Shown piece after piece: positions 62,371 through 64,000 of a stretch of DNA of 64,000 nt; position 1 is the first letter of the stretch, and each line of letters opens with the position of its first letter. A model generated the notes under the pieces. It searched no databases. It saw only the letters and a list, made by a program, of their open reading frames with translations, and was not told where the DNA came from. Made by a program: the position numbers and the translations under genes. This stretch comes from Hypanus sabinus. Taxonomy: Eukaryota. The stretch covers positions 26,722,001-26,786,000 of the forward strand of contig NC_082731.1 of assembly GCF_030144855.1 (NCBI RefSeq). Direction: 5' to 3'.

Positions 62371-64000
62371 GGTTTACTTGAAGCTCAGTAACTATTTGTT
62401 AATAATAGTTGACAGATGTCTGAAACTCTGCGATAACATTAACACTCAGTCCTTACACTTCCTCTCCGGTTTCACAGGCAGGTTTAATTTGAGCAGGGGA
62501 CACTCCCAGTGGAGCTGTGTTAATAAAAATAACAAACACACTGCTTTACATATGGAAATGCAATTCTAACATTGTGCTTTGCACCAACCAACGGGTTCAT
62601 GTTTACCACAGAGAATGAGACAAAATGAATTGAAACCAAAGGGCAAAAAATGCAGAGACAGCAAGACCCTCTCCTCGTTACAGAAAATTTGTCACTGGCT
62701 GTAGCGATGATTTACTGTTACTGATCGATTTATTGATTATGTAATGGGAATGAGTTCAAATGTATGTACACCTGCATTTTATGTTCTGAAGCAGTTGGGA
62801 GACTCCCAGCAATGTAAAGTGTGTTTGGTCAAACTGTGCTTGGAAGTCCATCCTGATGACTGTAATTCAGGTGATCAGGTCATTGTGAATTGGCAGCAAT
62901 AAAGAGGAACATAAGGATAAACCAAAAAATGCCACGAACTGCCTTGTCAACATTACATCGATGGGCAGAATCCCGGTGTGACATGCTGGAGCTGAAGTTT
63001 ATTGATGAGAACTGAGGCTGCCTGGTGAATCAAGTTTTGACTGAAACAGCAACACAGACCACAAGCACTATGGATCGCTGTGGGAGCTGGGGGTTATCAT
63101 TGGCCTGGAAGCTCTCAGGCATGAAGATCAAGGATAATGAACTTGGGCATTCAAAGAAAACCAATAATCTGTTATACAATTGTCATTGCAAGTTTGTCAG
63201 CTGATGACATCTGCAAGTATAGATACATACTAAACCTTTCTTTCTGGTATCTAGACAGTAAAATGTGCAGATTTACTCCTGTAAGGGCCTGGGCCAGTAC
63301 CTTGCTGTTTGATTTTTGTGTTCACCTTGAATAAAATAAAATCAGCTGAACTGATTCACCTTAACAAAATTCAGCACAGGTTTAAGTTTTGAACACTGAA
63401 TCCATCAGACAGGCTGGGGAACCCAACATAAACCCAGTTAACGTCAAAGAGGTGAGGGTGTATTTGACAATTGCCTGTTTCCTCTCACTCTCATCTATAT
63501 TGGAGTCTAGTCGTACCATCAATTCTTCTATCTGAGGAGCTTCAACAAAATCCACAGATTCACTCTAATGAATTTAAACCTGCAGTCTGTGCCTTTCTCT
63601 TCCTCTTTAATTTAAATCCATCTTATGGATGTCATTTCCATTCTCTTCACTCTTCCATTACTCTGTGTCAGACCAAACCATTTCAGCACATCATCCTGTT
63701 GGACTGAGGCATTGCTTCCAGATTCCTCCTCTGACCAGACACTTCCTCACCTGCCATCCCCTCTCCTTCTATGACCTGACATCTGATTTATGCTTCTGTG
63801 AAACACCTTCTGATGAATTCCTATACTAAAGCCACACTGTCAATGCAAATGGTTGCTTTTGGGTAAAGTCGTCCAATTATTTTGCATTGCAGACCAACCA
63901 TGTCCACAAATGAGCCACAAAAGTTCTGGCTGAGTCTCAAGGAAGTTACATTTTCTTTCTTTCTTTTTCAATCTTTTTATTAATATTATTAATTACAACA

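Noticed and set aside
62480-62570. Ankyrin-like VNKNNKHTALHM after an acceptor
   Set aside because: Single short motif ending in a stop with no neighbouring repeats.

Overview
Eukaryotic, transposon-saturated DNA. The CR1, Penelope and Rex repeats and the Ig gene style suggest a cartilaginous fish, probably a ray; this is inference from recalled families, with no database search. I found no intact host gene. Main contents: (1) a decayed class I (epsilon/gamma-like) endogenous retrovirus, 7394-15994, with TGAA target-site duplication, an exact tRNA-Arg PBS, gag-UAG-pro-pol, a 2H-phosphoesterase-like domain between protease and RT, and a deletion removing the integrase C-terminus and env SU but leaving TM; (2) two Gmr1-like Gypsy elements (SCAN-like gag in one, integrase upstream of RT in the other); (3) a PNMA-gag Gypsy element, 27602-31580 (-), whose RNase H/integrase are replaced in frame by an intron-less myosin heavy chain (MYH16-like) rod fragment; (4) a young RT-deleted Gypsy element, 53584-56657; (5) a pseudogenised Ig heavy-type V (23-RSS) facing a JH-like segment (12-RSS) 388 bp away, with no D segments and no constant exon visible; (6) Tc1, hAT, solo-LTR, CR1, Rex, L1/Tx1 and Penelope fragments, and two minisatellites. 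LTR, TSD, PBS and RSS coordinates were counted by hand; boundaries of degenerate LINE fragments are approximate.
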